64,000 bases of DNA from positions 2,496,001-2,560,000 of the forward strand of contig OZ244720.1 in assembly GCA_965219085.1 (NCBI GenBank), written 5' to 3'. A program made the translations under genes and the position numbers. The DNA is from Dehalococcoidia bacterium (GTDB lineage Bacteria; Chloroflexota; Dehalococcoidia; UBA2979). Below are positions 10,735 through 20,303 of the stretch, one piece after another. Every line of letters begins with the position of its first letter. Position 1 is the first letter of the stretch. The notes beneath the pieces are model-generated. The model did not search any database. It worked only from the letters and a program-made list of their open reading frames with translations, and was not told the DNA's origin.

Positions 10735-12231
10735 CTACCACTCGCCCGTGGCGAGGTACTCCTCGATCGAGGCGGCGGCGACGTGGCCGTCGGCCAGAGC
10801 CGTGACCACAAGGTCCGCGCCGTTGACGTCGTCGCCGCCCGCGAAGATGCCCGGGCGGTTGGTGCGCATCGTGTCCGGGTCGACAGTGAAGCGGCCCCAT
10901 GGGTCGCGGTTCACCTCGGGGGCGACCTCGCCCCACTCCTCGTCGACGTTGTAGCCGATTGCGAGCACGAGCGCGTCGGCCGCGATCTCGAATTCGGTGT
11001 CGGGGACCGGCTCGGGGCGCGCCCGGCCGGACTCGTCGGGCTCGCCGAGCTGCATGCGCTGGCAGCGCACGCCGCTCACGGCGCCGTCGGCGTCGGTCAG
11101 GATCGCGAGGGGCGCGGTGACGTAATCGAAGATGACGCCCTCTTCGTAGGCGTGCTGGCGCTCCTCGGCGCGGCCTTGCATCTCCTCCTCGGTGCGGCGG
11201 TACACGAGGCGCACCTGCTCCGCGCCGAGGCGGACGGCGGTGCGCACACAGTCCATCGAGGTGTCGCCGCCGCCGATGACCACGACGCGGCGCATCGGTG
11301 GCAGGGGCTCGCGGAGGTGCTCCGGCAGTTCCTCCGGCGTCAGGTTGCCGCGCACGAGGAAGTCCGTGGCCGTGTACACGCCCGGCGCATCCTCGTGCTC
11401 GAAGCCGAGCCGCGAGCCGGCGATGGCGCCGACGCCGATGAAGACCGCGTCGTGGTCGCGCTCGAGGTCCTCGAACGGGACGTCCTCGCCGATGCGCGTG
11501 TTCGTGACGAGCTCGACACCCATGGCGCGCAGGTCGTCGAACTTCTGGGCGACGGTGGCCTTGTTCTGCTTGAAGTTGGGGATGCCGTAGTGGAGCAGCG
11601 CACCGGGCAAGGGCCACGCGTCGTACATCGTGACGCCGTGACCGTTGCGCGCGAGCCGTTCGGCGACGCCAATGCCGGCCGGGCCGGCCCCGATCACGGC
11701 GACGCGCTTACCGGTCGCGGGCGCGGTGGCCGTCGAGGGACCCTCGCCGTGCGTGCGCTGGTGCTCGGCGACGAACGCCTCGAGCTTGCCGATGGCGACC
11801 GGGATGCCCTTCTTGCCGACGACGCAGTCGCCCTCGCAGAGGCGCTCCTGCGGGCAGAGCCGTCCACACATCTCGGGCAACTCGCTGGTCTCGCGGAAGA
11901 TGTTGGCGGCGCCGTCGAAGTCGCCTTGCTCGAGCAGCCAGAGTGCGCCGGGGATGTCGTTGTCGACGGGGCAGGCGACGATGCAGGGCGCGGCCGGGCA
12001 CTGGATGCAGCGCACGGCCTCGGCCTTGGCGGTCTCGGGGTCGAAGAGGTGGAAGACCTCATCCCAGTTGTGGACGCGGACATCGGGCGGCTGCTTCTCT
12101 GGCGTGTTGGCCGGCAGCGTGAGGCGCGCCTTGCGATCGACCGGCGGGCGTTCGGGCTTGGCGCTGCGCGCAGGCTCGTCCGCGGGTGCGGGCGAGTCGG
12201 GCGGTTCGCTGGCGGCGGGGTCGGCGACCAT
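10735..12231 (-). CDS. GltD/SudA/NfnB-like Fe-S flavoprotein oxidoreductase
   Basis: RCIQC...CIVACP, CGRLCPQERLCEGDC, GAGPAG, GGGDTSMDC, FAGGD; no gltB adjacent. Confidence 0.88.
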   Translation of the reverse strand: MVADPAASEPPDSPAPADEPARSAKPERPPVDRKARLTLPANTPEKQPPDVRVHNWDEVFHLFDPETAKAEAVRCIQCPAAPCIVACPVDNDIPGALWLLEQGDFDGAANIFRETSELPEMCGRLCPQERLCEGDCVVGKKGIPVAIGKLEAFVAEHQRTHGEGPSTATAPATGKRVAVIGAGPAGIGVAERLARNGHGVTMYDAWPLPGALLHYGIPNFKQNKATVAQKFDDLRAMGVELVTNTRIGEDVPFEDLERDHDAVFIGVGAIAGSRLGFEHEDAPGVYTATDFLVRGNLTPEELPEHLREPLPPMRRVVVIGGGDTSMDCVRTAVRLGAEQVRLVYRRTEEEMQGRAEERQHAYEEGVIFDYVTAPLAILTDADGAVSGVRCQRMQLGEPDESGRARPEPVPDTEFEIAADALVLAIGYNVDEEWGEVAPEVNRDPWGRFTVDPDTMRTNRPGIFAGGDDVNGADLVVTALADGHVAAASIEEYLATGEW

Positions 12232-12365
12232 CGCTGCTCTCGTGCCCGGGCGGCCGTCGAGGCGGCCTGATGCGCGTGGCCCGTGCAGTGAAGTCCAGCG
12301 TAGGGGTGACGCCGCTCGCGCTCAACCGGGGTCGGGAGACCGGGCCGGCAACCTCGTCCCGGCGC

Positions 12366-13217
12366 CTACTCGAGGGCGCCCGCGGGGAGGCGCGAGCCGC
12401 GGCGTGCCGTAGCCGCGAGGGCGACGCCGAAGGCGAGCGTGGAGGCGAGCACGATGGCCGGGCTGGCGGCGACGTTGGCGTGGAACGAGGCGTAGAGCCC
12501 CACCACCGAGGCGGCGACCGAGATCACGAAGCTGATCGCGATGATCCGCGGGATGCGACGAGCGAGCAGACTCGCGGTCGCCGGCGGGATGATCAGCATC
12601 GCCGAGACGAGCACGATGCCGATCGCCTGCAGAGCCACGACGACGGCAACGGCGATCAGCACGAGCAGCGCGTACTCGAACACCGACGCCGGCACGCCGG
12701 CCGCGGCCGCCATCGCTGGGTCGTAGGCGACCATCACCATCTCGCGGTAGAAGGCGAGCACGAAGCCCACCACGAACACGGCGAGCAGCAGTTCGCCCAA
12801 CAGGTCGGACTGCGATACGCCGAGGATGTCCCCGAAGATGAACGACAGGAGGTCCGGCGTGTAGCTCGTCCGCCGCGAGATCACGAGGATGCCGAGCGAG
12901 AAGGCGGAGACGAAGAAGATGGCGATCGCGGTGTCGTAGCTGACGCGCGAGTTGGTGCGTACGTAGCCGATGCCCACCCCCGCCGCCACGGCAGCCACCA
13001 GCGCGCCGACCGCGACGCTCACGCCGTTCACGAAGGCGATCGCCACGCCCGCGAGCGTTGCGTGCGCGAGCCCGCTGCCCGATGCGGCGAGCCCCTTGTG
13101 CACGACGAACGTCCCGACAACCGATCCGACGATGCTGACGATGATGAGCGAGGCCAGCGCTCGTCGCATGAACGCGAACTCGAACGGTCCGAACAGCCAC
13201 TCGGCGAGTTCCGCCAT
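12366..13217 (-). CDS. metal (Zn/Mn) ABC transporter permease
   Basis: GLAHATLAG, LFG-type motif FIFGDIL, IIPPATA; multiple TM segments. Confidence 0.92.
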   Translation of the reverse strand: MAELAEWLFGPFEFAFMRRALASLIIVSIVGSVVGTFVVHKGLAASGSGLAHATLAGVAIAFVNGVSVAVGALVAAVAAGVGIGYVRTNSRVSYDTAIAIFFVSAFSLGILVISRRTSYTPDLLSFIFGDILGVSQSDLLGELLLAVFVVGFVLAFYREMVMVAYDPAMAAAAGVPASVFEYALLVLIAVAVVVALQAIGIVLVSAMLIIPPATASLLARRIPRIIAISFVISVAASVVGLYASFHANVAASPAIVLASTLAFGVALAATARRGSRLPAGALE

Positions 13218-14170
13218 CAGTGGTGGTCTGCGTGGTCGTGGCGCCCGTCGTCATGGACGCCGCTGGCGCCGGCGTCGTCGAAGATCACGCCGTGTTCGCC
13301 CACGGTGATGAGCTGGCGATCAAAGGTGCGTGCAAGCACCTCTTCCGTGAGCACGTCGGCGGGTGCGCCATAGCCGTGCACGCGGCGGTTGAGGCAGCAT
13401 GCCTCGTCGCAGGCGGTGGCGACGCAGGACAGGTCGTGTGTGGCGATGAGGATGCTGCAGCCCTCGTGGGTGAGCTCATCGAGGATCCCCAGCAGATCGT
13501 GTTCCACACCCGCGTCGAGGCCCGCGAACGGCTCATCAAGCAGCATGAGCCGCGCGCCGCGGGCGATCGAGCGGGCGATCAGCACGCGCCGCCGCTGGCC
13601 GCTGGAGAGCTCGCCTACCTGGCGCTTCGAGAAGTCGGCGAGCTGGACGCGATCCAACGCCTCATGCGCGCTCTCGCGGTCCTCGCGGGACCAACGGCGG
13701 AACGGCCGCGTCCCGTTCCAGCGGCCCATCAGGACCACGTCCATGACGCTGACCGGGAAGTCCCAATCGACCTCCTCGGCCTGCGGCGTGTAGGCGACGT
13801 CGCGGCGTGTCTCGCCAACCGGCCGGCCGAAGATGCGAACCTCGCCGAGCAGCGGACGCACCACGCCGAGGATGGACTTGAAGAGCGTGGACTTGCCGGC
13901 TCCGTTCGGGCCGACGAGACCCACCATCTCACCCTCGGGGACGACGAAGCTGACGTCCTCGAGGGCGGGGGGTTTGCCCGGATAGCCCGCCCAGAGGCCG
14001 CTGACCTCGAGCGCGAGCGGACCGTGGGCATGCCCGCTGGCGAGCCTCGCCCGGGCCGGTACGTGTCCGGAGCCGTCAAGGCCCATCTCGTCGTGGAGAT
14101 GGGCGGGATCCTCGTGACCGACGGGCCCGTGCGCTCCGTGTCCGTGGTCCGCGCCGTGGTCTGCCGTCAC
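13217..14170 (-). CDS. metal ABC transporter ATP-binding protein with His-rich termini
   Basis: GPNGAGKS, LSSGQRRR, LLDEPFAGLD, ATHDL. Confidence 0.92.
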   Translation of the reverse strand: MTADHGADHGHGAHGPVGHEDPAHLHDEMGLDGSGHVPARARLASGHAHGPLALEVSGLWAGYPGKPPALEDVSFVVPEGEMVGLVGPNGAGKSTLFKSILGVVRPLLGEVRIFGRPVGETRRDVAYTPQAEEVDWDFPVSVMDVVLMGRWNGTRPFRRWSREDRESAHEALDRVQLADFSKRQVGELSSGQRRRVLIARSIARGARLMLLDEPFAGLDAGVEHDLLGILDELTHEGCSILIATHDLSCVATACDEACCLNRRVHGYGAPADVLTEEVLARTFDRQLITVGEHGVIFDDAGASGVHDDGRHDHADHH

Positions 14171-14200
14171 GGTCGGGTCCGTTCTCCGCCGCCGCGCACG

Positions 14201-15211
14201 TTACCCGCCGCCGAGCCCTTCGGCCAGCGCTTCGGCGTTGACTCGCATCAGTTGGACGTAGGTGCTGACGTCACCGGTGAAGGCGGCGGTGTAGAGCACG
14301 AGCACCTCCACGCCGGCCTCCTCGGCGATCACTTCCAGGGCGTCCGCGGCGAACTGCGGCTCGCGGTAGACCGCACCCACGTCGCGCCCGGCGACGATCT
14401 CGATGATCTCGGCGACCGCGCCCGCGCTCGCCTGCTGCGACGGGCTGGCCGGCAGGACGGCGGCAGCCAGATCGAGGCCGTACTCGGCTGCGAAGTACTG
14501 GAACGCGTCGTGGTAGACGATCAGGACGCGGCGCTCGGGCGGGATGCCGCTGATGATCGATCGCACCTCCTCGTCCAGGGCCTGTAGCTCGGCGAGGTAT
14601 GCCTCGGTGCGCGCCCGGTAGCCAGCCGCGTTGTCCGGGTCGGCCGCGGCGAGACCGTCGCTGATGTTGCGCACGTAGACCATCGCGTTCGGGACGGTCA
14701 GCCACATGTGTGGGTCGCCATCGGCGACGGCGAGCTCGGCGCCCGCGGGGCCGTCGGCCGCTGCGCGGTCCGCGTCGCCCTGGTCGTCGCCCTCAGCCTC
14801 CTCCTCGTCGTGGTCGCCACCCTTGTGTGGGGTGATGCCGGTGGCGGCGATGACGAGACGTGCGTCGTTCGGGATGTGCTCGAAGATGGTGTCGAGGGCG
14901 CCTTCCTCGAGGTTGAAGCCGTTGACGATGACGATGTCGGCGTCCGCGATGTTGCGGATGTCGCGGGTGGAGGCGCTGAACGTGTGCGTGTCCGCGCCGG
15001 CGGGGATCACTGCGACCACGGCGGCGTCGTCGCCGGTTATCTGCTCGGCGAAGTGGGCAAGGATGCCGGTGGACGCGACGACGTTCAGCGGTTCGCCCTC
15101 GGCGGGTGCGGCATCGTCGTCGTCGCCGCAGGCGAGTATGGCGCCGGCGATGAGCGCTACGGCCAGGAGCGGGATCGGTGCGCGCGTGAAACGGCAGAGT
15201 CCGTGTAGCAT
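14201..15211 (-). CDS. metal ABC transporter substrate-binding lipoprotein (ZnuA/TroA family)
   Basis: Lipobox ILAC, DTHTF, NGFNLE, DPHMWL, YHDAFQYF. Confidence 0.92.
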   Translation of the reverse strand: MLHGLCRFTRAPIPLLAVALIAGAILACGDDDDAAPAEGEPLNVVASTGILAHFAEQITGDDAAVVAVIPAGADTHTFSASTRDIRNIADADIVIVNGFNLEEGALDTIFEHIPNDARLVIAATGITPHKGGDHDEEEAEGDDQGDADRAAADGPAGAELAVADGDPHMWLTVPNAMVYVRNISDGLAAADPDNAAGYRARTEAYLAELQALDEEVRSIISGIPPERRVLIVYHDAFQYFAAEYGLDLAAAVLPASPSQQASAGAVAEIIEIVAGRDVGAVYREPQFAADALEVIAEEAGVEVLVLYTAAFTGDVSTYVQLMRVNAEALAEGLGGG

Positions 15212-15226
15212 GAGGCACCCTTAATC

Positions 15227-15282
15227 GATACTGGGTCGCATGGTGCTGACGGAACGGTACTGGGTATCGCTTGGAGAGTCAA
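15227..15282 (-). promoter_or_regulatory. putative sigma70 promoter and operator of the metal ABC operon
   Basis: Minus strand TTGACT (15282-15277), 17 nt, TACCGT (15259-15254); two related GATAC-N3-GTATC-like sites at about 15228-15240 and 15256-15268. Confidence 0.5.
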
Positions 15283-15359
15283 GACCCTGTATCAGTCTGA
15301 GTGTCGCGGCGGGGGGCCGCCGCCGGAGTCGCGGAGGGTCGCGCTGCGAGCGCGGCGAT

Positions 15360-15791
15360 CTACGCCGTGGGACTCGCCAGCGGCAGGCGGCAGTCGGAGC
15401 AGAGGCCGTAGACCTCCAGGCGGTGCGCCTGGATCTCGTAACCGGTGCGGCGGTGAAGCTCGTCGAGCAGGTCCTGGATGTCGCACGTCGCGAAGTCACT
15501 CATGGCGCCGCAGCCAGAGCACACGATGTGGTGGTGGTGTCCCTCGCTGGTGAGCCGGTAGCCGACGGTTCCACTCTCCATCACGACGTGGCACAACGCA
15601 CCGAGGTCCAGCAGCAGCCGCAGGGTGCGGAAGACCGTCGCGCGACCGACGCCCGGGGTGGCCTGCAGCAGCTCCTCGGCGGTGAAGTGATCGCCGAGGT
15701 CGCGCATCGCGTCGATGAGGGCCCGTCGCGGCTCGGTGATGCGGTGACCGGAATCGGCGAGGCGTATTTCGAGCGTTTCGGTGGAGACCAT
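15360..15791 (-). CDS. Fur-family regulator (Zur-like)
   Basis: RITEPR, HFTAEEL, ATVFRTL, HHHHIVCSGC, YGLCSDC; next to a metal ABC transporter. Confidence 0.92.
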   Translation of the reverse strand: MVSTETLEIRLADSGHRITEPRRALIDAMRDLGDHFTAEELLQATPGVGRATVFRTLRLLLDLGALCHVVMESGTVGYRLTSEGHHHHIVCSGCGAMSDFATCDIQDLLDELHRRTGYEIQAHRLEVYGLCSDCRLPLASPTA

Positions 15792-15909
15792 GGATGGTCC
15801 TCCTTAGGTCAAGTGAGATCGTGGCGCGTCCGGCGGAACCTGTCAACGAACGGAGGAAATCCGGCACAATGTGCCGCATGCGGGTGCGCGAGCGGGGCGG
15901 CGAGCGACG

Positions 15910-17139
15910 ATGACAGCAGCGCGATGGCGGATCGTGCTGTGGGCCGGCATGTTGCTGGTCGTCATCTGGGTCGCCTGGCAGGCCCGGTGGGCGTTGCTGC
16001 CATTCTCGATCGGGGCGCTGCTCGCCTATGTGCTGACGCCTGCCGTGGATCGGCTGGTCGGGCTGGTACCGGTGCGGTCGCGTCAGAACAACATCGTCCT
16101 CCGCGGATTCGTGGTGTTCTTCGTCTATCTCGTCATCGCGGGCCTGCTCGTGGGCGCGGGCGTTGCCATCGTGCCGGTGGCCGTGGACGAGATTTCGCAG
16201 TTCGTCGACCGTCTGCCGGACCTCATCGACGACTCACAGGTGCAGGTCAACCAGTGGCTCGAGGTCTACCGCGAGCGCGTGCCGGAGGACATCCGGGTGC
16301 GCATCGACGGGTACGCCGCGGACTTCGGCGACGATCTGGGTGAGCGCATCGCGTCCGCGGGAGCCCCGGTGTTCGAGTCGCTCACGGGTTGGATCGCGGT
16401 GATCGCCGGGTTCGTGGTCGTCCCGATCTGGATGTTCTACGCGCTGCGCGACCGCCACAACTTCGAGCGCAACTTCGCCGCCGCCGTCCCGGGGCCGGTG
16501 CAGCCCGACGTGCTGAACGCCATTCGCATCGCCGACCAGTTGATCGGGCGCTACCTGCGAGGACAGATCCTGCTCGGCTTCGTGGTGGGTGTCGCGACCT
16601 TCATCGGCCTGATGCTGCTGGACGTCAACCTGGCGATCGCGCTGGCGGTATTCGCGGGCGTCGCCGAGTTGATCCCGATTGTCGGGCCGTTCATCGGCGC
16701 GCTCCCGGCGGTGGTGATCGTCGCCGCCACTGACCCGGACAAGATCGTCTGGGTGCTGTTGCTGTACCTGCTGGTGCAGCAAGTCGAGAACCACCTGCTG
16801 GTGCCGCGGGTGCAGGGGCACGCGGTCGACCTGCATCCGGCGGTGATCATCATGTTGCTGGCGGTCGCCGGCACGGTATTCGGGTTCATCGCACTGATCG
16901 TCATCATCCCGCTCGTGGCGCTGCTGCGGGAGCTGTTCTGGTACGCCGACCACCGCCTCAGCGGGCTCGCGCCGGAGGAAGCCATGGCTCGCGCTCACGT
17001 CGGGCGACAGTCCGGCCTGGCGCCGGGGCCCGAGGACGAGGATGAGGAGGAGGCACCCGTGGAGGCCGCCGAGCCACCGGAGGGTGAGCAAGCAGCCGAT
17101 GCCGCTCGTGGCCCTGGCGGAGCAGAGTCGGGCGCGTAG
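15910..17139 (+). CDS. AI-2E family transporter
   Basis: YLRGQ, LIPIVGPFIG, QQVENHLLVPRVQG..VDLHP. Confidence 0.92.
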   Translation: MTAARWRIVLWAGMLLVVIWVAWQARWALLPFSIGALLAYVLTPAVDRLVGLVPVRSRQNNIVLRGFVVFFVYLVIAGLLVGAGVAIVPVAVDEISQFVDRLPDLIDDSQVQVNQWLEVYRERVPEDIRVRIDGYAADFGDDLGERIASAGAPVFESLTGWIAVIAGFVVVPIWMFYALRDRHNFERNFAAAVPGPVQPDVLNAIRIADQLIGRYLRGQILLGFVVGVATFIGLMLLDVNLAIALAVFAGVAELIPIVGPFIGALPAVVIVAATDPDKIVWVLLLYLLVQQVENHLLVPRVQGHAVDLHPAVIIMLLAVAGTVFGFIALIVIIPLVALLRELFWYADHRLSGLAPEEAMARAHVGRQSGLAPGPEDEDEEEAPVEAAEPPEGEQAADAARGPGGAESGA

Positions 17140-17164
17140 CCCGGTCTGAGCTGCTGCCCGGGGA

Positions 17165-17995
17165 CTACGGCATCGAGCCCGCGAGGACGATCGGCTGCTG
17201 CAGGCTTTGCGACCCACCGACCGGCGCGGGCGTGATGGCGACCGAGAACGGGCTGAATTCGAAGTCCAGCTCGATCAGGACCTGCGCATCGCCCTCCGGG
17301 GTCGGCACGAACGTGCCGCCCGAGACCTCGTGGAAGCCCTCGATCAGCCACAGCTCGTAGACGGTGCCGATGGGCAGCGGCGGCAGCCGCCGCGCGATCA
17401 CGACGCCCGCGCCGAGCTCGGCGCTCCAGAGGTAGCGGCCGCTCGCGCCATGGCCGGCGGTCGTGCTTTCGAGTGAGGCCTCCTGCACGTCGGGGTCGGC
17501 GAGGATGGCGATGATGCGCTGCTGCGTATCGAGTGCCGTCTGGATCTCAGTGCGGATCGCGTCGTCACCGCCGCCCACGCGCTCGGTCTCGATCGCGTCC
17601 AGACGCTGCGTGTCGGCCACAACGGCTGCCGCCAGCGAAGCCGACTCCTGCTCGAGTGTCTCGATGGTGTGTTGGAGCCGCACACCCCACGTGACCGCGA
17701 CCGCGAGGACGGCGAACGTTGCCGCGACCGCCGCTACGCGGAGTAACGGGAGCCGCCGCCGGCGCGAGGGTCGCATCCGCTGCGCCGATTGCAGCATGCG
17801 TTCGCGCAACGCGGGATCCGTGCGGCGCAGTGGGGCCTCGAGGCCGATCAAATCCGCGATCTCGCGGTAGGCCGCGAGCCGCTCGGCGGCGTCGGCATCG
17901 GTGCGGATGAGGGCCTCCACCTCGTCCGCTTCCGGGCCGCTCAGCGCATCGAGCGCGTACGCGGCAAGCAGCTCCTCGCGCTCCTCGGACCTCAT
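17165..17995 (-). CDS. anti-sigma factor (RskA-like)
   Basis: LLAAYALDAL, TM helix, YELWLI, AITPAPVGGS; coupled to the ECF sigma gene. Confidence 0.88.
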   Translation of the reverse strand: MRSEEREELLAAYALDALSGPEADEVEALIRTDADAAERLAAYREIADLIGLEAPLRRTDPALRERMLQSAQRMRPSRRRRLPLLRVAAVAATFAVLAVAVTWGVRLQHTIETLEQESASLAAAVVADTQRLDAIETERVGGGDDAIRTEIQTALDTQQRIIAILADPDVQEASLESTTAGHGASGRYLWSAELGAGVVIARRLPPLPIGTVYELWLIEGFHEVSGGTFVPTPEGDAQVLIELDFEFSPFSVAITPAPVGGSQSLQQPIVLAGSMP

Positions 17996-18711
17996 GGTCT
18001 GCTTCCCGGCGCCTCTCCCGCGGCCTGGGGTCTCATCTGATCCAGCGCATCGCGCAGCTTCCGCATCGCGAGCCGGACGCGGGTCTTCACGGTACCGATG
18101 GGCGTAGAGGTCTGCTCGGCGATCTCGGCCTGCGTCAGCCCCGCGAAGTACGCGAGCTCGATCACGCGCCGCTGGGCCGGCGGCAGCTGCTCGACGGCGG
18201 CGCGGACGGCGGCTCGCTCGTCACCCAGCGCCGCCACGGCCGCGGGATCGTCGAGGCGGTCGGCGCTCTGTAGCGTCTGGATGGTCTCGCCGTCGGCGTC
18301 CTCCTCGCGCAGTCGGCGTGCGCGGCGGCGCTGCTCGTCGATCGCGCGGTTGCGCGCGACGGACATCAGCCAGCTCACGAACCGGCCACGCGAGGGGTCG
18401 TAGAGGCGCGGACGCCGCCAGAGACGCAGGAAGACTTCCTGCGTCATGTCCTCGGCGAGGCCCTGGTCGTGGAGCACGCGCAGCGCGACGGAGTAGACGA
18501 GCGTTGAGTAGCGGTCGTAGAGCTGCTCGAGCGCATCGATCTGCCCTGAGCGGAGATGCCTCAGGAGCTGCTCGTCGGTTGCCGGTATGCGTTGCCGCGA
18601 CTCGACTGCCTGGCGTTCGGCTCGTGCCGCGGCGAGGGAGGCTGGGATGCGGGCTGCTCGGGAGTGTGCTTCGGCCATACGGCCCCCCGATCCGTGCGGG
18701 AAGGCGAGCAT
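17992..18711 (-). CDS. ECF RNA polymerase sigma factor (SigK-like)
   Basis: LYDRY, AEDMTQEVFLRLW, WLMSVARNRAID, IGTVKTRVR; alternative start at 18678. Confidence 0.93.
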   Translation of the reverse strand: MLAFPHGSGGRMAEAHSRAARIPASLAAARAERQAVESRQRIPATDEQLLRHLRSGQIDALEQLYDRYSTLVYSVALRVLHDQGLAEDMTQEVFLRLWRRPRLYDPSRGRFVSWLMSVARNRAIDEQRRRARRLREEDADGETIQTLQSADRLDDPAAVAALGDERAAVRAAVEQLPPAQRRVIELAYFAGLTQAEIAEQTSTPIGTVKTRVRLAMRKLRDALDQMRPQAAGEAPGSRP

Positions 18712-18776
18712 ATTGTACCTCGCCCGCCATAACGTCTAGCACCCAATACGCGATTGGAGCCGGGAACGTTCCGAGG

Positions 18777-19610
18777 TCAGACCGCCGCGCCCGTCGCGAA
18801 CAGGAGCCCGCGCGCCAGGATCTCACCGGTGAACACCGCGCCGACCGTGATGTAGAGGAGGCCGGTGGCCGCCATCATGCCGCGGATCGCGGCCGCTCTC
18901 CACGCGAGCCACGCGAGCACGCCGGGGAAGATCAGGCCGACACCGATGCGGAACCAGAACGCCGGGTTCTCGCCTAGCTCGACCCCGAACGCGGTCTGCG
19001 TGAGCGGCACCTCGCGCACCGGCGCGGCTGCCGCGACGATGGCGAACGCCGCCTGCGCCACGAGCGCGCCGAGCACCACGAGCGACATCTGCTCGAGCGG
19101 CTCCTTCGGCAGCCCGGAGTTCGTCAGGTACCAGTGCCCCCAGCTCATCGCCATCATCGAGCCGCCGAGGGCGATCGCCGCCGCAAGCATGCTCCCCAGT
19201 ACGCCGGCGTAGGACCACGCCGGACCGGCGACCAGCGCAGCGAGGATCGCGAGCGTGACCGCGCCGGCCACGCCGCCGGCGATGCCCGAGACCCGCGCCG
19301 CGTGCATGCGCTCGGCGAACGCGGCGACGAGGTTGACGACGGCGATGGCCGTGAAGACGAGCAGCGCTACCCGCAGCACGTCGATCGCACCCGCGCGCAG
19401 CGTGAAGCCGTCGATCACATCGACCGGGGTGATCGTGACGGCAACGACGATGGCGAGCAGCAGCGTGGGGACGACGACCACGCCGCCCATCTGGACGTAG
19501 CCGTGCGTGATCTGGCCGCGCCGCTCGAACCAGGTGACGAACACGAGCGATCCGGCGGCGAACTCGACCAGCAGGATGAGGACGGTGTAGGGCAGCGTGT
19601 CGGCGCTCAC
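18777..19610 (-). CDS. multi-pass membrane protein of unknown function
   Basis: About 8 hydrophobic segments, WGHWYL and AATGLLY motifs. Confidence 0.7.
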   Translation of the reverse strand: MSADTLPYTVLILLVEFAAGSLVFVTWFERRGQITHGYVQMGGVVVVPTLLLAIVVAVTITPVDVIDGFTLRAGAIDVLRVALLVFTAIAVVNLVAAFAERMHAARVSGIAGGVAGAVTLAILAALVAGPAWSYAGVLGSMLAAAIALGGSMMAMSWGHWYLTNSGLPKEPLEQMSLVVLGALVAQAAFAIVAAAAPVREVPLTQTAFGVELGENPAFWFRIGVGLIFPGVLAWLAWRAAAIRGMMAATGLLYITVGAVFTGEILARGLLFATGAAV

Positions 19611-19722
19611 GGGGCGAGCTTGGGCGCATCAGCCGTCCCGGTCAACGCGCCCGCAACCGGCGGCTTGCAGGCGGGGAAGCGGCAGATTGACAGGCCGGGC
19701 GCCGCGCGCCAACGATCGCGCC

Positions 19723-20235
19723 GTGCCACCCTCGACCCGCCGCTACGGCTCGAATCAGCGCTGGCTCATGAAGGCGCTACGCGAGGTCGCCCACGAGGTC
19801 GGGCAGCTGGTCTCCGGCCTGCCCGACGACGCGCTGCGGCGCCACCCTCCGGGCGAGGGGCTGCGTGAGCAGTGGTCGATCGTCGAGACCGTCGGCTTCC
19901 TGCGCGACTCGGAGCGCGAGGACCTGCGCGCGGTGCAGGCCATGCTGCAGCGCGACGGCGCGCGGCTGCCGGAGCGGCGCGCCCACCTGCTGCCTGCCGA
20001 GGGCAGCTATGAGTCGGCCGGGCTGCACGACCTGCTGTGGGACTTCGCAACGCTGCGCGAGCAGCTGCTGTGGGAGCTCGAGTGGGCCGGGCCCGGCTGG
20101 GAGCGCCGCGGCGTCCACCCGTACCGCGGCGAGGTGTCGCTCCCGGACTACGTGCACGAGATCAACGAGCGCGACCTCGACGCGATGTGGAACCTGCGGC
20201 GGCTGCGCGAGGAGGCCGAGGCGGTGGCCTTGTAG
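19723..20235 (+). CDS. DinB-family protein
   Basis: WSIVETVGFLRDSE, GVHPYRG; start codon uncertain. Confidence 0.7.
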   Translation: MPPSTRRYGSNQRWLMKALREVAHEVGQLVSGLPDDALRRHPPGEGLREQWSIVETVGFLRDSEREDLRAVQAMLQRDGARLPERRAHLLPAEGSYESAGLHDLLWDFATLREQLLWELEWAGPGWERRGVHPYRGEVSLPDYVHEINERDLDAMWNLRRLREEAEAVAL

Positions 20236-20303
20236 CGGCGTCCGGGGAGCGCGCGTAACGGGCGGCCTCTCTACGCTGTCGCCTGCGCTGGTGAGGGGCC
20301 ACG

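Noticed and set aside
10735-12231. gltD gene symbol
   Set aside because: No gltB nearby; cannot be distinguished from SudA/NfnB-like paralogues by eye
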